The translations under genes and the position numbers were made by a program. Positions 53,965 to 63,131 of a stretch of DNA of 64,000 nucleotides are shown piece after piece. Each line of letters begins with the position of its first letter. Positions within the stretch are counted from its first letter, which is position 1. The DNA lies in the NCBI GenBank assembly GCA_020831805.1, contig JAFIFX010000011.1, forward strand, positions 4,648 through 68,647, written 5' to 3'. A model generated the notes under the pieces. The model was not told where the DNA came from, did not search any database, and saw only the letters and a program-made list of their open reading frames with translations. The DNA is from Planctomycetota bacterium (lineage in GTDB: Bacteria; Planctomycetota; Phycisphaerae; Phycisphaerales; UBA1924).

Positions 53965-55499
53965 TCGAAAAGCTCGCCATCGTCTGGCCGGAGATCATCC
54001 TGTTCGCGACCACCTGCGTGGTGATGCTCACCGGGCAGTGGCCCGTGTGCGCCGTGCGTCGGATGACGCCGTGGCTCGCCGCGGTGGGCCTGATCGCGGC
54101 GATCGGGGCGGCGATGGCTTCGCCCCCGTCCGACGGGCTCTACCCCGACCTGGTGCCCTACGCCAAATCGCTGGTGGGCATCATGGGTCTGATGATCCTG
54201 CCGCTGCTGGCCGGTACGGTCGACCGCGAACTCGAGGCCGGCGTGGCCCGGGGCGAGCGGTTCGAGCCGCTGCGCTCCAACGGGGCCGAGTTCTACGCCT
54301 TCTTCCTCTTCTCGCTGACCGGGCTGATGCTCGTGGCCTCGTCGGACACGCTGATCTGGCTGTTCCTCGCCCTGGAGCTGACCAGCCTGCCGACCTACAT
54401 GATGGTCACGCTGTCCTCCCGCAGCACCCGCGCCCACGAGGCCGGTGTCAAGTACTTCTTCCTCGGCGCGCTCGGGGCGGCGATCTTCCTCTACGGGTTC
54501 ACGCTGCTCTACGGCGCGACCGGCTCGGTCAACATCCCGACCATCGCCGCCCACTTCGCCGAGCACGGGCTCGGCCCGATCGGTCTGGCCGGGGTCCTGA
54601 TCTCGCTGATCGGCCTGTTCTTCAAGATCGCCGCGGTGCCCATGCACTTCTACACGCCCGATGTCTACCAGGGCGCGGCCTCCCCCGTCTCGGCGATGCT
54701 GGCCTTCGTGCCCAAGATGGCCGGGTTCATGGCCATCTTCATGATCGTCGGCTCGGCGGGCTGGGGCCCGGACGGCACGGGCCTGCCCGTGCCCGTCGAG
54801 GCCCTGCTGTGGGTCGTGGCCGCCATGACCATGACCGTGGGCAATGTCCTGGCCCTGCTCCAGTCCTCCGTCAAGCGGATGATGGCCTACTCGTCCATCG
54901 CCCATTCCGGCTACATGCTCGTCGGCGTCATCGCCGGGCCGGGCGGCGACGGGGCCTCCTTCTGGCGCAACGGGCTGGCCGCCGTCCTGTTCTACCTGCT
55001 CTGCTACGGCGTCATGAACCTGGGCGTCTTCGCCGTGCTGGCCAGCCTGGAACGCAAGGGCCAGGAGGCCGACGACATCGACGACATCCGCGGCCTGGTC
55101 CGCACCCACCCGCCCCTGGGCTGGTCGATGGTCATCTGCTGCCTGGCCCTGCTCGGTTTCCCGCCGCTTCTGGGCTTTATCGGCAAGGTCGGCCTGATCA
55201 CCTCCGGCATCACCAGCGGGCACCTCGCCCTGGTCATCATCCTGGCGATCAACTCGGCCATCGCCGCCCTCTACTACCTGCGTCTGGTCGCCGCCGTCTA
55301 TCTGGAGCCCGCGTCCGATACCGGCTTCCGCCCGTCGCGGTACGGCTCGCGTCAGGTTGCCGCGCTGGTTTCCGCCGGCGGCGTGCTCGTGCTGCTGCTC
55401 ATGAGCAACCGCCTGATCACCGCCGCCGACGACGCCTCGCGCTACGCCCCCGTCGCGCCCGAGACCGCCCCTTACGCCGAGGCCGGCGCCAACAACTGA
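53961..55499 (+). CDS. nuoN: NADH-quinone oxidoreductase subunit N
   Basis: GTG overlaps the nuoM stop. ALELTSLPTY, FFKIAAVPMHFYTPDVYQGA, MMAYSSIAHSGYM. Confidence 0.9.
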   Translation: MIEKLAIVWPEIILFATTCVVMLTGQWPVCAVRRMTPWLAAVGLIAAIGAAMASPPSDGLYPDLVPYAKSLVGIMGLMILPLLAGTVDRELEAGVARGERFEPLRSNGAEFYAFFLFSLTGLMLVASSDTLIWLFLALELTSLPTYMMVTLSSRSTRAHEAGVKYFFLGALGAAIFLYGFTLLYGATGSVNIPTIAAHFAEHGLGPIGLAGVLISLIGLFFKIAAVPMHFYTPDVYQGAASPVSAMLAFVPKMAGFMAIFMIVGSAGWGPDGTGLPVPVEALLWVVAAMTMTVGNVLALLQSSVKRMMAYSSIAHSGYMLVGVIAGPGGDGASFWRNGLAAVLFYLLCYGVMNLGVFAVLASLERKGQEADDIDDIRGLVRTHPPLGWSMVICCLALLGFPPLLGFIGKVGLITSGITSGHLALVIILAINSAIAALYYLRLVAAVYLEPASDTGFRPSRYGSRQVAALVSAGGVLVLLLMSNRLITAADDASRYAPVAPETAPYAEAGANN

Positions 55500-55559
55500 C
55501 GCGCAACCCGGCGTCACGACGCCCGAAAAGTACTGAAAATCATGAGTCAAACGACCCAC

Positions 55560-55600
55560 GGAGGACCCGGAACCGGGTCCTCCTTTGATTGGTTTTCATT
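55560..55600 (+). terminator. Rho-independent terminator of the nuoJ-N operon
   Basis: GGAGGACCCGG-AA-CCGGGTCCTCC (11-bp perfect stem) followed by TTTGATTGGTTTTCATT. Confidence 0.8.
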
Positions 55601-55679
55601 GGGCAATCGCCCGATTTCACCCCAGAGGAGAACCACTCGGCACACTGGTCGTTTTAACGGAGCGATAGCATCCATCGCA

Positions 55680-56369
55680 ATGAACCTAAACAAACAAACA
55701 CATCCGTCTGTCTCACCCTCCGAACTCGACCCGTCTGATCTGGCCAGCGGCCTGCTGACCGATCCGCACGCTGGCGTATCGATCGCGAAGATCTCGGGCG
55801 AACTGCTCTTCGTCAACGACCAGGCCGCCCGGATCTTCGTGGGCGATGACTCCAACGCGGAGACGGTCGCCGGCCGTTCGCTCTGGAGCCTGTTCCCCGA
55901 GAACCTCGTCCGCGAGTGGTCCGATTTCGGGGCCAGGGTTCTGCGTTCGGGCGAGCCGGCCATGGTCCGGACGATCTGGCACGGCCGCCAGGTGCTCAGC
56001 TGGGTCACCCCCCTCGACGCCGGCGCGCCGGCCGCCGAAGCCCGCCTGCTGGTCAGCTCCCGCTATTCCTGCGGCATGACCTGCTGCGGCGAGGACGACC
56101 AGTCCCGCTTCGCCATGTACGAGACCAGCTCGGTCAGCCTGGGCGACCTGGACATCCTCTCCCCGCGTGAACTCGAGGTGCTCGCCCTGGTCGGCCAGGG
56201 CCTCTCGATCAAGGAGATCGCGGCGATGCTCCACCGCTCGGAGAAGACCATCCAGAACCACCGCGACTCGATCGGGGCCAAGCTTGGCCTGGCCAACCGG
56301 GTCCATGTGGCCGCGGTCGCCCGCCGGGCCGGTCTCACCCAGGCCGACGCTGCCAAGAAGCGCATCTGA
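55680..56369 (+). CDS. PAS-domain LuxR-family transcriptional regulator
   Basis: C-terminal LSPRELEVLALVGQGLSIKEIAAMLHRSEKTIQNHRDSIGAKLG. ATG at 55680 was chosen because the upstream ATG at 55542 would read through the nuo terminator. TAGCAT lies 8 nt upstream. Confidence 0.8.
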   Translation: MNLNKQTHPSVSPSELDPSDLASGLLTDPHAGVSIAKISGELLFVNDQAARIFVGDDSNAETVAGRSLWSLFPENLVREWSDFGARVLRSGEPAMVRTIWHGRQVLSWVTPLDAGAPAAEARLLVSSRYSCGMTCCGEDDQSRFAMYETSSVSLGDLDILSPRELEVLALVGQGLSIKEIAAMLHRSEKTIQNHRDSIGAKLGLANRVHVAAVARRAGLTQADAAKKRI

Positions 56370-56543
56370 CCCGGACGCCGGGACCACCTCCCCCTCGGCG
56401 TTCGCTCAGATCCAGGCCAAAAACTGACAATCCAACCGCCCACCTCGCCCTCGTCCCCGACGGGGGCGATATCATGGGTCATCTTCCCCACGATTTCGCC
56501 CGGACGCGATCACCGCGGACCGGCCACAGTCCAGAGGCCCGCC

Positions 56544-57233
56544 ATGAACCCGACCGCCGACCACGGCTCATCCGAAAAACACCCCCCGCCGGACGCCCGG
56601 GTTTTGTGGGATGTCATGACGAAGGACCCGACCGCCGGGGTGGTCATCTGTGATCTCGACGGCAAGGTCGTCTGGGGCAACGAGCGTTGTTTCCGCATCT
56701 ACCTCGGCCCGGAGGCCAGGTCCGGCGATGTGATCGGCAAGACCTGGAAGGAACTGGGCTTCCCCGATCCGTGGATCGAGGAACGCCTGCAGATCTTCCG
56801 CGAGATCAAGCAGACCGGCGAGCCGGTGCTGATCCGGACGATCTGGCGCGGCAGCCAGGTGCTGGCCTGGGTCTACCCGCTGCCGCCCGACGACGAGTGC
56901 GAGACGGACTGCTTCCTGGTCGTCTCGCGCACCTCGGAGGCGGACATCAACGAGCTGGGCCAGGATGTGGCCGGCAAGGTCAAAGTCTCCGGCGTGGCGC
57001 GCCTGGGCGAGCTGGACGCGCTCTCGCCGCGCGAGCTGGAGGTGCTGGCGCTGCTCGGCCAGGGGCTGACGATCAAGGAGATCGCCAAGATCCTGTTCCG
57101 CTCGGAGAAGACCGTCGGGCGCCACCGCGACTCGATCGGGGCCAAGCTGGGTCTGAGCAACAAGGTGGACCTGGCCGAGGTCGCCCGGCGCGCGGGGCTG
57201 ACGGTCGAGGATGTCACGCGGGAGCGGGTGTGA
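56544..57233 (+). CDS. PAS-domain LuxR-family transcriptional regulator (paralog)
   Basis: LSPRELEVLALLGQGLTIKEIAKILFRSEKTVGRHRDSIGAKLG. The N-terminal PAS-like region is collinear with the upstream paralog. Confidence 0.8.
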   Translation: MNPTADHGSSEKHPPPDARVLWDVMTKDPTAGVVICDLDGKVVWGNERCFRIYLGPEARSGDVIGKTWKELGFPDPWIEERLQIFREIKQTGEPVLIRTIWRGSQVLAWVYPLPPDDECETDCFLVVSRTSEADINELGQDVAGKVKVSGVARLGELDALSPRELEVLALLGQGLTIKEIAKILFRSEKTVGRHRDSIGAKLGLSNKVDLAEVARRAGLTVEDVTRERV

Positions 57234-57469
57234 CCGGAAGCGACGGGGCGGGGAAGCGGCGGCGGTCATTCCGGCTCGACCGGCCCCAGTGCCGCTCGTG
57301 CGGCGGGTGTGCGTGCGGGGCGGCGCGGGTGGTCAAGACGCCGGTGAATCTGGTCCGGCTCGGTGTGTACACGATGATCGGGGCGGTGCTGGGGATGGGG
57401 CTCGGCCGGGCGCTCTGGGCGTGCCCGGGGTGCGGGGCGCGGTTCTGGGCGGGGGTGGACGGTGAGTGA
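57230..57469 (+). CDS. Possible small membrane protein with two CxxC pairs
   Basis: 79-aa frame. The GTG overlaps the LuxR stop (GTGTGA) and the 3' end overlaps the next start by 8 nt. CRSCGGCAC, a TM helix (LVRLGVYTMIGAVLGMGLG) and CPGCG. No other support. Confidence 0.3.
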   Translation: MTGSDGAGKRRRSFRLDRPQCRSCGGCACGAARVVKTPVNLVRLGVYTMIGAVLGMGLGRALWACPGCGARFWAGVDGE

Positions 57470-57971
57470 GGGGCCGGGCGTGGTTGCTCCGGCAGTGCCG
57501 CCGGATCGGAGAGCGGTCGAGCGTGCGTACAAGCCGCGGGAATCCGGTTGGGGCCGCTTCTGGGCGGTCTTCGGGGACATCGTGCTCGGGATGGCGTGGT
57601 GGTGGTACGACTGGCGGAAGCAAGGCGGGGTGGCGACCGAGCGGATGACGCCGCTGGCCGCGGCATTGCTGGGGCTCGTCGTGATGGCGGGGTTCGCGCT
57701 GGCCCTGTCCGGTCTCGGGCTGGAACCCAAGATCGTGGCGCTCGGGTCCGTTCTGTTGATCGGAACGCTCTGCCTCGCCGGCGCGGGTTTGACGACGAGG
57801 GCCGAACGCCGGGCGGCCCGTTCGCGGGCGTGTGCATGTCGCGCGTGCGGGTATGCGCTGCATGGGTTGCCGAGCGTGGGCGCGGTCGAGTCGGACGGGG
57901 CGCGGTACGAGATCGGTCCGGCGCGGTGCCCGGAGTGCGGCCAGGTCTGGCCGCGGGTGTTGCCGGGTTAG
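57462..57971 (+). CDS. Membrane protein with C-terminal CxxC...CPEC zinc ribbon
   Basis: GTG start. Helices (FWAVFGDIVLGMAWWWY, AALLGLVVMAGFALAL, ALGSVLLIGTLCLAGAGL) are followed by CRACGYALHGLP...ARCPECGQVW. Confidence 0.55.
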   Translation: MSEGPGVVAPAVPPDRRAVERAYKPRESGWGRFWAVFGDIVLGMAWWWYDWRKQGGVATERMTPLAAALLGLVVMAGFALALSGLGLEPKIVALGSVLLIGTLCLAGAGLTTRAERRAARSRACACRACGYALHGLPSVGAVESDGARYEIGPARCPECGQVWPRVLPG

Positions 57972-58339
57972 GGAAACCACTTCAGCGCGAAGCTCGTGCG
58001 GCAAATCGGTACGAGGAAGTCATATGGATCACACCCGCATGCCGGCGTGACCGGCATGAACAAGCCGCGCCCGGCAGGAAGCGGCCCAGCGTCCGCAGTG
58101 ACCACGGGCGAGGGTGGATGGTGAAAAGTGGCGATCACACCGATCCCACGGGTGCTCCTGATCTTGCCGGTGCCCGAGTCTGTGTACGGTGATGGGCGTG
58201 CTCTTCGTAGACGAGCAGCACGGCACCGATCACACCCGAGTTTGATTTCGATCGGCATCACTGGTGGTTGTGTGCGTGCGGGGCCGCTTCTTGCCAGGCG
58301 CGGCTTGTGTGTCAGGGATGCGGGTGGTCGGGTGGCGCT

Positions 58340-58377
58340 GCGACCGCGCGGACTGACCCCCCCAGCCCGCGGCTCAG
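58340..58377. repeat. REP-like element overlapping the recQ stop codon
   Basis: gcgaccgcgcggactga-cccccccagcc-cgcggctcag. Same termini as 26089-26119. Confidence 0.65.
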
Positions 58378-60266
58378 TCTTTGAGCGCGTGAAGGAAGGT
58401 TTCGCCGAAGGCTTCGAGCTTGGCGCGGCCGATGCCCTTGACCTCGAGCATGGCGTCGAGGCTCTCCGGGCGGACGCGGACGAGTTCCCGGAGGGTGGCG
58501 TCGGAGAAGACGACATAGGGCGGCACGGCCCGCTCGGTGGCGATCTCCATGCGGACCTGGCGCAGCTTCTCGAAGAGTTGTTTTTCCTCGAAGGACAGCG
58601 GGGCGGCGTCGGGCGTGTGGTCGCGCCGGCGGCGTTCGGACTTGGCGCTGCCGGTGCCGACGGGGCGGGCGAGGGGCACGGTTTCCTCGCCCTTCATGAC
58701 GGCCACGCCGCGGGGGCCGAAGCGGAGGGTCTCGAAGTGCCCGTCGATGACGCGCTCGAGGGCCTCGGCGGCGACGAGCTGGTCGATGAACGAGGCCAGG
58801 GCGGGCTTGCGGTGGTCCTTGAGCAGGGCGTAGACGGTCAGCTGGTCGTGGCGGGCGGCGCGGACGCGCTCGGTGTCGGCCCCGCGGAGGATATCCACGA
58901 TGTGCGCGACGCCGTAGCGCTGGTTGGTGCGGGCGACGGCGGAGAGGATGATCTGGCCGATGCGCTTGGAATCGCCCTCGGCCTCGGTCTCGCCCAGGCA
59001 GACATCGCAGGCGTTGCAGTGGGCGAGCCCCTCGGGCGGGGCGTACTTCTGGCCGAAGTGCTCGCTGAGCATGCGGTGGCGACAGCCCATGGCCGAGATC
59101 AGCCGGCGCATCTCGCGGACGAGGTTGAGCTGGGCCTCGGTGGATTCGGCGTCCGCGCCCATCTCGGCGTTGCTCATGCGGATGAGCCGTTCCCAGCGGG
59201 TCGCGTCGGACGGGTTGTAGAGCAGCAGGCACTCGGCCGGCTCGCCGTCGCGCCCGGCCCGCCCGGTCTCCTGCTGGTAGGCCTCGATGGACTTGGGCAT
59301 GGTGGCGTGGACGACCAGACGGACATTCGAGCGGTCGATGCCCATGCCGAAGGCGACGGTGGCGACGACGACATCCAGCGTCTCGTTGCTGAAGCGGTGC
59401 TCGACATCGCGCCGGGTTTTCTCGTTCAGCCCCGCGTGGTAGGCCTCGGCATTGATGCGGAGTTTCTGGAGCTGCTCGGCGAGGTTTTCCGTGTCCTTGC
59501 GGCTCAGGCAATAGACGATGGTGCCCCCGCCGTCGCCGGCGCGCTGGTGGGTGCGGACGGCCTCGGCGGTCTGCTCGGCGGCATCGCGCCGCGCGCGGAC
59601 GCGGTAGGTCAGGTTGGGCCGGTCGAAGGTACCCACGAGCACCTCGGCCTTCCCGTCGTCGCAGCCCACCCGCCCGAGGTTGAGCTGGCGGACGATGTCC
59701 TCGCGCACGCGTGGCGTGGCGGTGGCGGTGAAGGCCTGCATGGGCACGCGCGGCGCGACCTCGCGCAGTTCGGCCAGTCGCCGATACTCGGGGCGGAAGT
59801 CGTGGCCCCACTGGCTGATGCAGTGGGCCTCGTCCACGGCGATGGCCCCGAGCCGGTCGGCATCCGCGAGGCTGGCCAGAAACGACTTGAAGCCCGGCGT
59901 GACCACGCGTTCGGGGGCGGCCAGGACTAGATTGATCTCGCCCTGGACGAGCCGGCGGAGGATGGCTCTGGCCTCCTCGGCGTCGATGCCCGAATGGATG
60001 GCCGCGGCCGGGTAGCCGTTGAGTTCGAGCCCGCGGACCTGGTCGCGCATCAGGGCGATCAGCGGCGAGACGACGATGGTGGCCTTGCCGGTGACGAGCG
60101 GGGGGACCTGGTAGCAGAGGCTCTTGCCGCCGCCGGTGGGCAGCACGGTCAGGCAGTCCCGCCCGGCGACGCCGGCGGCGATGGCCGCGGACTGCATGGG
60201 GCGGAGCTCGCTGAACCCCCAGACGCGGGCGACGGCGTCCTGGATGGCGGGGGCGGCGGTGGTCAC
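58374..60266 (-). CDS. recQ: ATP-dependent DNA helicase RecQ
   Basis: LPTGGGKSLCYQ, DEAHCISQWGHDFRPEY, ATVAFGMGID, QETGRAGRDG, Zn-binding CRHR..C..CDVC, C-terminal HRDC. GTG start with TACCCT 6 nt upstream. Confidence 0.92.
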   Translation of the reverse strand: MTTAAPAIQDAVARVWGFSELRPMQSAAIAAGVAGRDCLTVLPTGGGKSLCYQVPPLVTGKATIVVSPLIALMRDQVRGLELNGYPAAAIHSGIDAEEARAILRRLVQGEINLVLAAPERVVTPGFKSFLASLADADRLGAIAVDEAHCISQWGHDFRPEYRRLAELREVAPRVPMQAFTATATPRVREDIVRQLNLGRVGCDDGKAEVLVGTFDRPNLTYRVRARRDAAEQTAEAVRTHQRAGDGGGTIVYCLSRKDTENLAEQLQKLRINAEAYHAGLNEKTRRDVEHRFSNETLDVVVATVAFGMGIDRSNVRLVVHATMPKSIEAYQQETGRAGRDGEPAECLLLYNPSDATRWERLIRMSNAEMGADAESTEAQLNLVREMRRLISAMGCRHRMLSEHFGQKYAPPEGLAHCNACDVCLGETEAEGDSKRIGQIILSAVARTNQRYGVAHIVDILRGADTERVRAARHDQLTVYALLKDHRKPALASFIDQLVAAEALERVIDGHFETLRFGPRGVAVMKGEETVPLARPVGTGSAKSERRRRDHTPDAAPLSFEEKQLFEKLRQVRMEIATERAVPPYVVFSDATLRELVRVRPESLDAMLEVKGIGRAKLEAFGETFLHALKD

Positions 60267-60331
60267 GGGGAGAGGGTACCCGGACAGATGCCTGAGATCG
60301 AGGGGTTTTTGCAGGGATCAGGGATCGGCCA

Positions 60332-61675
60332 TCAGGGATCGGGGTTCGGAGCCGGCGGGACGGGGGTGAGCACGCCGCCGGAGCCGTCGGGGAAGACCAG
60401 TTCCATCGTCCCGTCGGGGTGGGTGATGAGTTGGACGGGCGGCGGCTGGAGGTCCGGGGCGGCGTGGCGGAGGCGGCCCAAGTCCTCGGGGAAGAGCGGC
60501 TCGGTGGGGACGGTCAGGTCGAAGATTTCGTCCTCCCGTTGAACCGAGAGCGTGATCTCCGGCGGTGGATCGAACATCCAGCCGGTCCGGTCGACGAAAT
60601 CGGGGTCCCCGACGGGCACGCCGTCGATGGCGAGCACACGGTCGTTGGGTAGCAAGCCGGCGCGGGCGGCGGGAGAGTCGGCGGCGATGGACGCGAGGGT
60701 GAAGACGCCGTCATGGATGATTTGCATGTTGATGCCGATGCCGGCGAACTGCGGCGCGGTCACGCGGTGCTGGGCCGGATCGGTGAGCGTGAAGGCGGCC
60801 AGGCCGGAGCGGGGATCGAGCCGGACGCGGAAGAGACGGAGGAGGCGGTGGCCGATGAGGTGATGGTGGGTGTCGACATGGGCAACGGCCCGCTCGATGG
60901 TGACGCCGCCGATGGCGACCGGGCCGCGGAGCGGGGCGGTCTGTTCACGCAGGACCGTGCCGGAGAGGGACGAGCCGAGCTCGAGCGCCCGCGCCACATC
61001 GCGGTGGGCCCATTCATCAGAGGTCGAGGCGAGCAGGTGCAGGTGCGTCTCGCCGCCGCTGTCGATCTCGAACCACTCGGTCTGCAACGGTCGGCCTTCA
61101 TCGTCGTGGAGCGAGATCTGAACAGCCGGTGAGCCGACCCCTTCGCGCCGGAGCGGGACCGCGCCGTCGGTGTGCGGCGTGAGCCGTGCGGAAGTCAGGC
61201 GGACCCGCTGGTCCGGGTAATCCAGGTCCAGCGTGAAGGCGTCGAGGCCCGTGTAGCCGAGCAGGCCGTCGACGCGCAGACCGCTGAAACTTTCCTCGAA
61301 GATCGGTGTTGCGATTAGCGGGGCGGGACGCAGGGAGAGCGGCCCGACGGCGATCTCCTCGGCGTACAGAAGCGGGAAGCGGGTCGTGACACCGGCGATG
61401 TCCGTGACATTGACCCGTCCCGCGGTCTTCAGTCCGAGCTCTTCGACGATGCGTGGCGCCAGGCCGCTGATGAAGGCGCCGGTGTCCAGGATCAGTCGGT
61501 AGGGCCCATGATCATTGATCATCGCCTCGACGATGATCCACCCGTCGACGAACTCGGCGGGGAGCAGGACTTCCTGACCCTCGTTCGGATCAATGGTCGC
61601 GACCGGGAGACGCAGGGCGGGCGCGTGACAGCCGGCGAGCAGCAGGAGCACGAGCACGATGGATCGTTTGATCAT
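60332..61675 (-). CDS. Lipoprotein with two retropepsin-like aspartic-protease lobes and a PDZ domain
   Basis: Lipobox LLLLAGC. Lobe 1 YRLILDTGAFISG...DGLLGYTGLDAF. Lobe 2 WFEIDSGGETH...HLIGHRLLRLF. PDZ ADSPAARAGLLPNDRVLAIDGVPV. Confidence 0.7.
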   Translation of the reverse strand: MIKRSIVLVLLLLAGCHAPALRLPVATIDPNEGQEVLLPAEFVDGWIIVEAMINDHGPYRLILDTGAFISGLAPRIVEELGLKTAGRVNVTDIAGVTTRFPLLYAEEIAVGPLSLRPAPLIATPIFEESFSGLRVDGLLGYTGLDAFTLDLDYPDQRVRLTSARLTPHTDGAVPLRREGVGSPAVQISLHDDEGRPLQTEWFEIDSGGETHLHLLASTSDEWAHRDVARALELGSSLSGTVLREQTAPLRGPVAIGGVTIERAVAHVDTHHHLIGHRLLRLFRVRLDPRSGLAAFTLTDPAQHRVTAPQFAGIGINMQIIHDGVFTLASIAADSPAARAGLLPNDRVLAIDGVPVGDPDFVDRTGWMFDPPPEITLSVQREDEIFDLTVPTEPLFPEDLGRLRHAAPDLQPPPVQLITHPDGTMELVFPDGSGGVLTPVPPAPNPDP

Positions 61676-63015
61676 CCCTTGTCGTCCTTTGGAGATGCGG
61701 GGAGGAGAATCGTTCCCTCCGGGCTTTGGATCTCGAGGTGCGTCCCGTCCGGGCCTTCGATGATGCGCACGCCGGGCAGGGTCAGGTCCGGTCCGCGCGG
61801 GGTGGTGCGGGCGGGGTCGAAGAGCGGGGCGGGGGTCAGGGTCAGGTCGATCATGATCTCGTCGCGGTCGAGCGTGAGGACGACCGGCGGCGCGTCCGGC
61901 TCCGGGTGATTGTCCAGTTGCCCGCCCGCTTCGACGGGCACGCCGTCGATCGCGTAGATCAGATCGCCCGGCTGCACCCCGGCGAGTTCGGCGGGCGAGC
62001 CGCGGGCGATCGAGAGGATGAGGTACGAATCGGCCAGTTTGGCCACGCTGGTGATGCCAAGCGTGAACGGCTGCGGCAGGGCGATGCGATCAGCGGCCGG
62101 ATCGGCGGGGGTGATGGCGGCCAGGCCGCCGCGGTTGTCGATGCGGACGCGGAACTGGCGGAGCAGCTCGTGGCCGAGGAGGTTGTGCGCCTTGTCGATC
62201 TCCGCGACCGTGTCGGTCAGGCGCGTCCCCGCGATGAGCAGGTCGCCCCGGACCGGGGCGATGGTCCGTTCGGTGCGGATGCCTGCCAGCCCGATCGCGG
62301 TTCCGCCCTGGGCGGCCAGGTCCGTGTTCGCCCAGCGATGGCTGTGGGGCTGTTCGAACGAGATCAGCAGCTCCCCGCCCGTGTCGATGGCCATCCAGAG
62401 CGCATTGCGGGGCCGGTCCCCGGCCATGCGGCGTAGACGGACCTCGGGCGTGTCGTTGCGGATGCGGCGCAGCGGCGTGATACCCGGCTCGCCCGGGCGG
62501 AGACGCTCCGTGCTGACCCGGACGGATTCGGCGGGGTAATCCAGATCCAGCGTCAGCCGGTCGAAGCCGGGGTAGCCGAGCACGCCGTCGACCCCCTGTC
62601 GCGCGAGCAGGTCGCGCAGGTTGTCGCTGATGATGAACGGGACCCGCGTCAGCGTCAGCGGGCCGATGACGGCGTGCTCGGCGAGGCCGACCTGGTGCCG
62701 CTCACGAAAGCCGCCGGAATCGGTGATGTTGGCCTCGAAGGCGGGCTCGATGCCGAGCGCCTCGGCCAGCTCCGTCCCCAGCACGCCGTAGACGGCCCCG
62801 GTGTCGAGGATGAGCCGGTAGGGGCCGCGGCCGTTGATGGTTGTTTCGACGATGATCCAGCCGTCGTTGAACTCGGCGGGCAGGGTCGCGTGCGCGGCGC
62901 CGTCCGCGATGCTCGGTTCGGTGGGCGAGATCCAGACCGCCCGGACGCAGCCGGCGAGCAGGCACACGGCGAGCAGGAGCGACAGGGTCCGGATCAGGCG
63001 GCTGGGGGTCGGCAT
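61672..63015 (-). CDS. Lipoprotein with two retropepsin-like lobes and a PDZ domain (paralog, also 447 aa)
   Basis: Lipobox CLLAGC. YRLILDTGAVYGV...DGVLGYPGFDRL. WMAIDTGGELL...NLLGHELLRQF. PDZ RGSPAELAGVQPGDLIYAIDGVPV. ATGA overlap with the downstream paralog. Confidence 0.7.
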   Translation of the reverse strand: MPTPSRLIRTLSLLLAVCLLAGCVRAVWISPTEPSIADGAAHATLPAEFNDGWIIVETTINGRGPYRLILDTGAVYGVLGTELAEALGIEPAFEANITDSGGFRERHQVGLAEHAVIGPLTLTRVPFIISDNLRDLLARQGVDGVLGYPGFDRLTLDLDYPAESVRVSTERLRPGEPGITPLRRIRNDTPEVRLRRMAGDRPRNALWMAIDTGGELLISFEQPHSHRWANTDLAAQGGTAIGLAGIRTERTIAPVRGDLLIAGTRLTDTVAEIDKAHNLLGHELLRQFRVRIDNRGGLAAITPADPAADRIALPQPFTLGITSVAKLADSYLILSIARGSPAELAGVQPGDLIYAIDGVPVEAGGQLDNHPEPDAPPVVLTLDRDEIMIDLTLTPAPLFDPARTTPRGPDLTLPGVRIIEGPDGTHLEIQSPEGTILLPASPKDDKG

Positions 63016-63131
63016 GACGGGGCATGATTGGCACGCCGGGCTCGTCGGGCATGGTGGAACGCCCTGTGAACTGGTGTGATCATCCGGGTTTCTCTGGCGT
63101 CCGGCCTGGATCTCGGGTATCCTCCACGAGC

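Noticed and set aside
55542-55679. Upstream ATG at 55542 as the start of the first PAS-LuxR gene.
   Set aside because: The extension would read through the strong nuo terminator hairpin (55560-55600) and a low-G+C intergenic stretch. ATG at 55680, with a TAGCAT box 8 nt upstream, is preferred.
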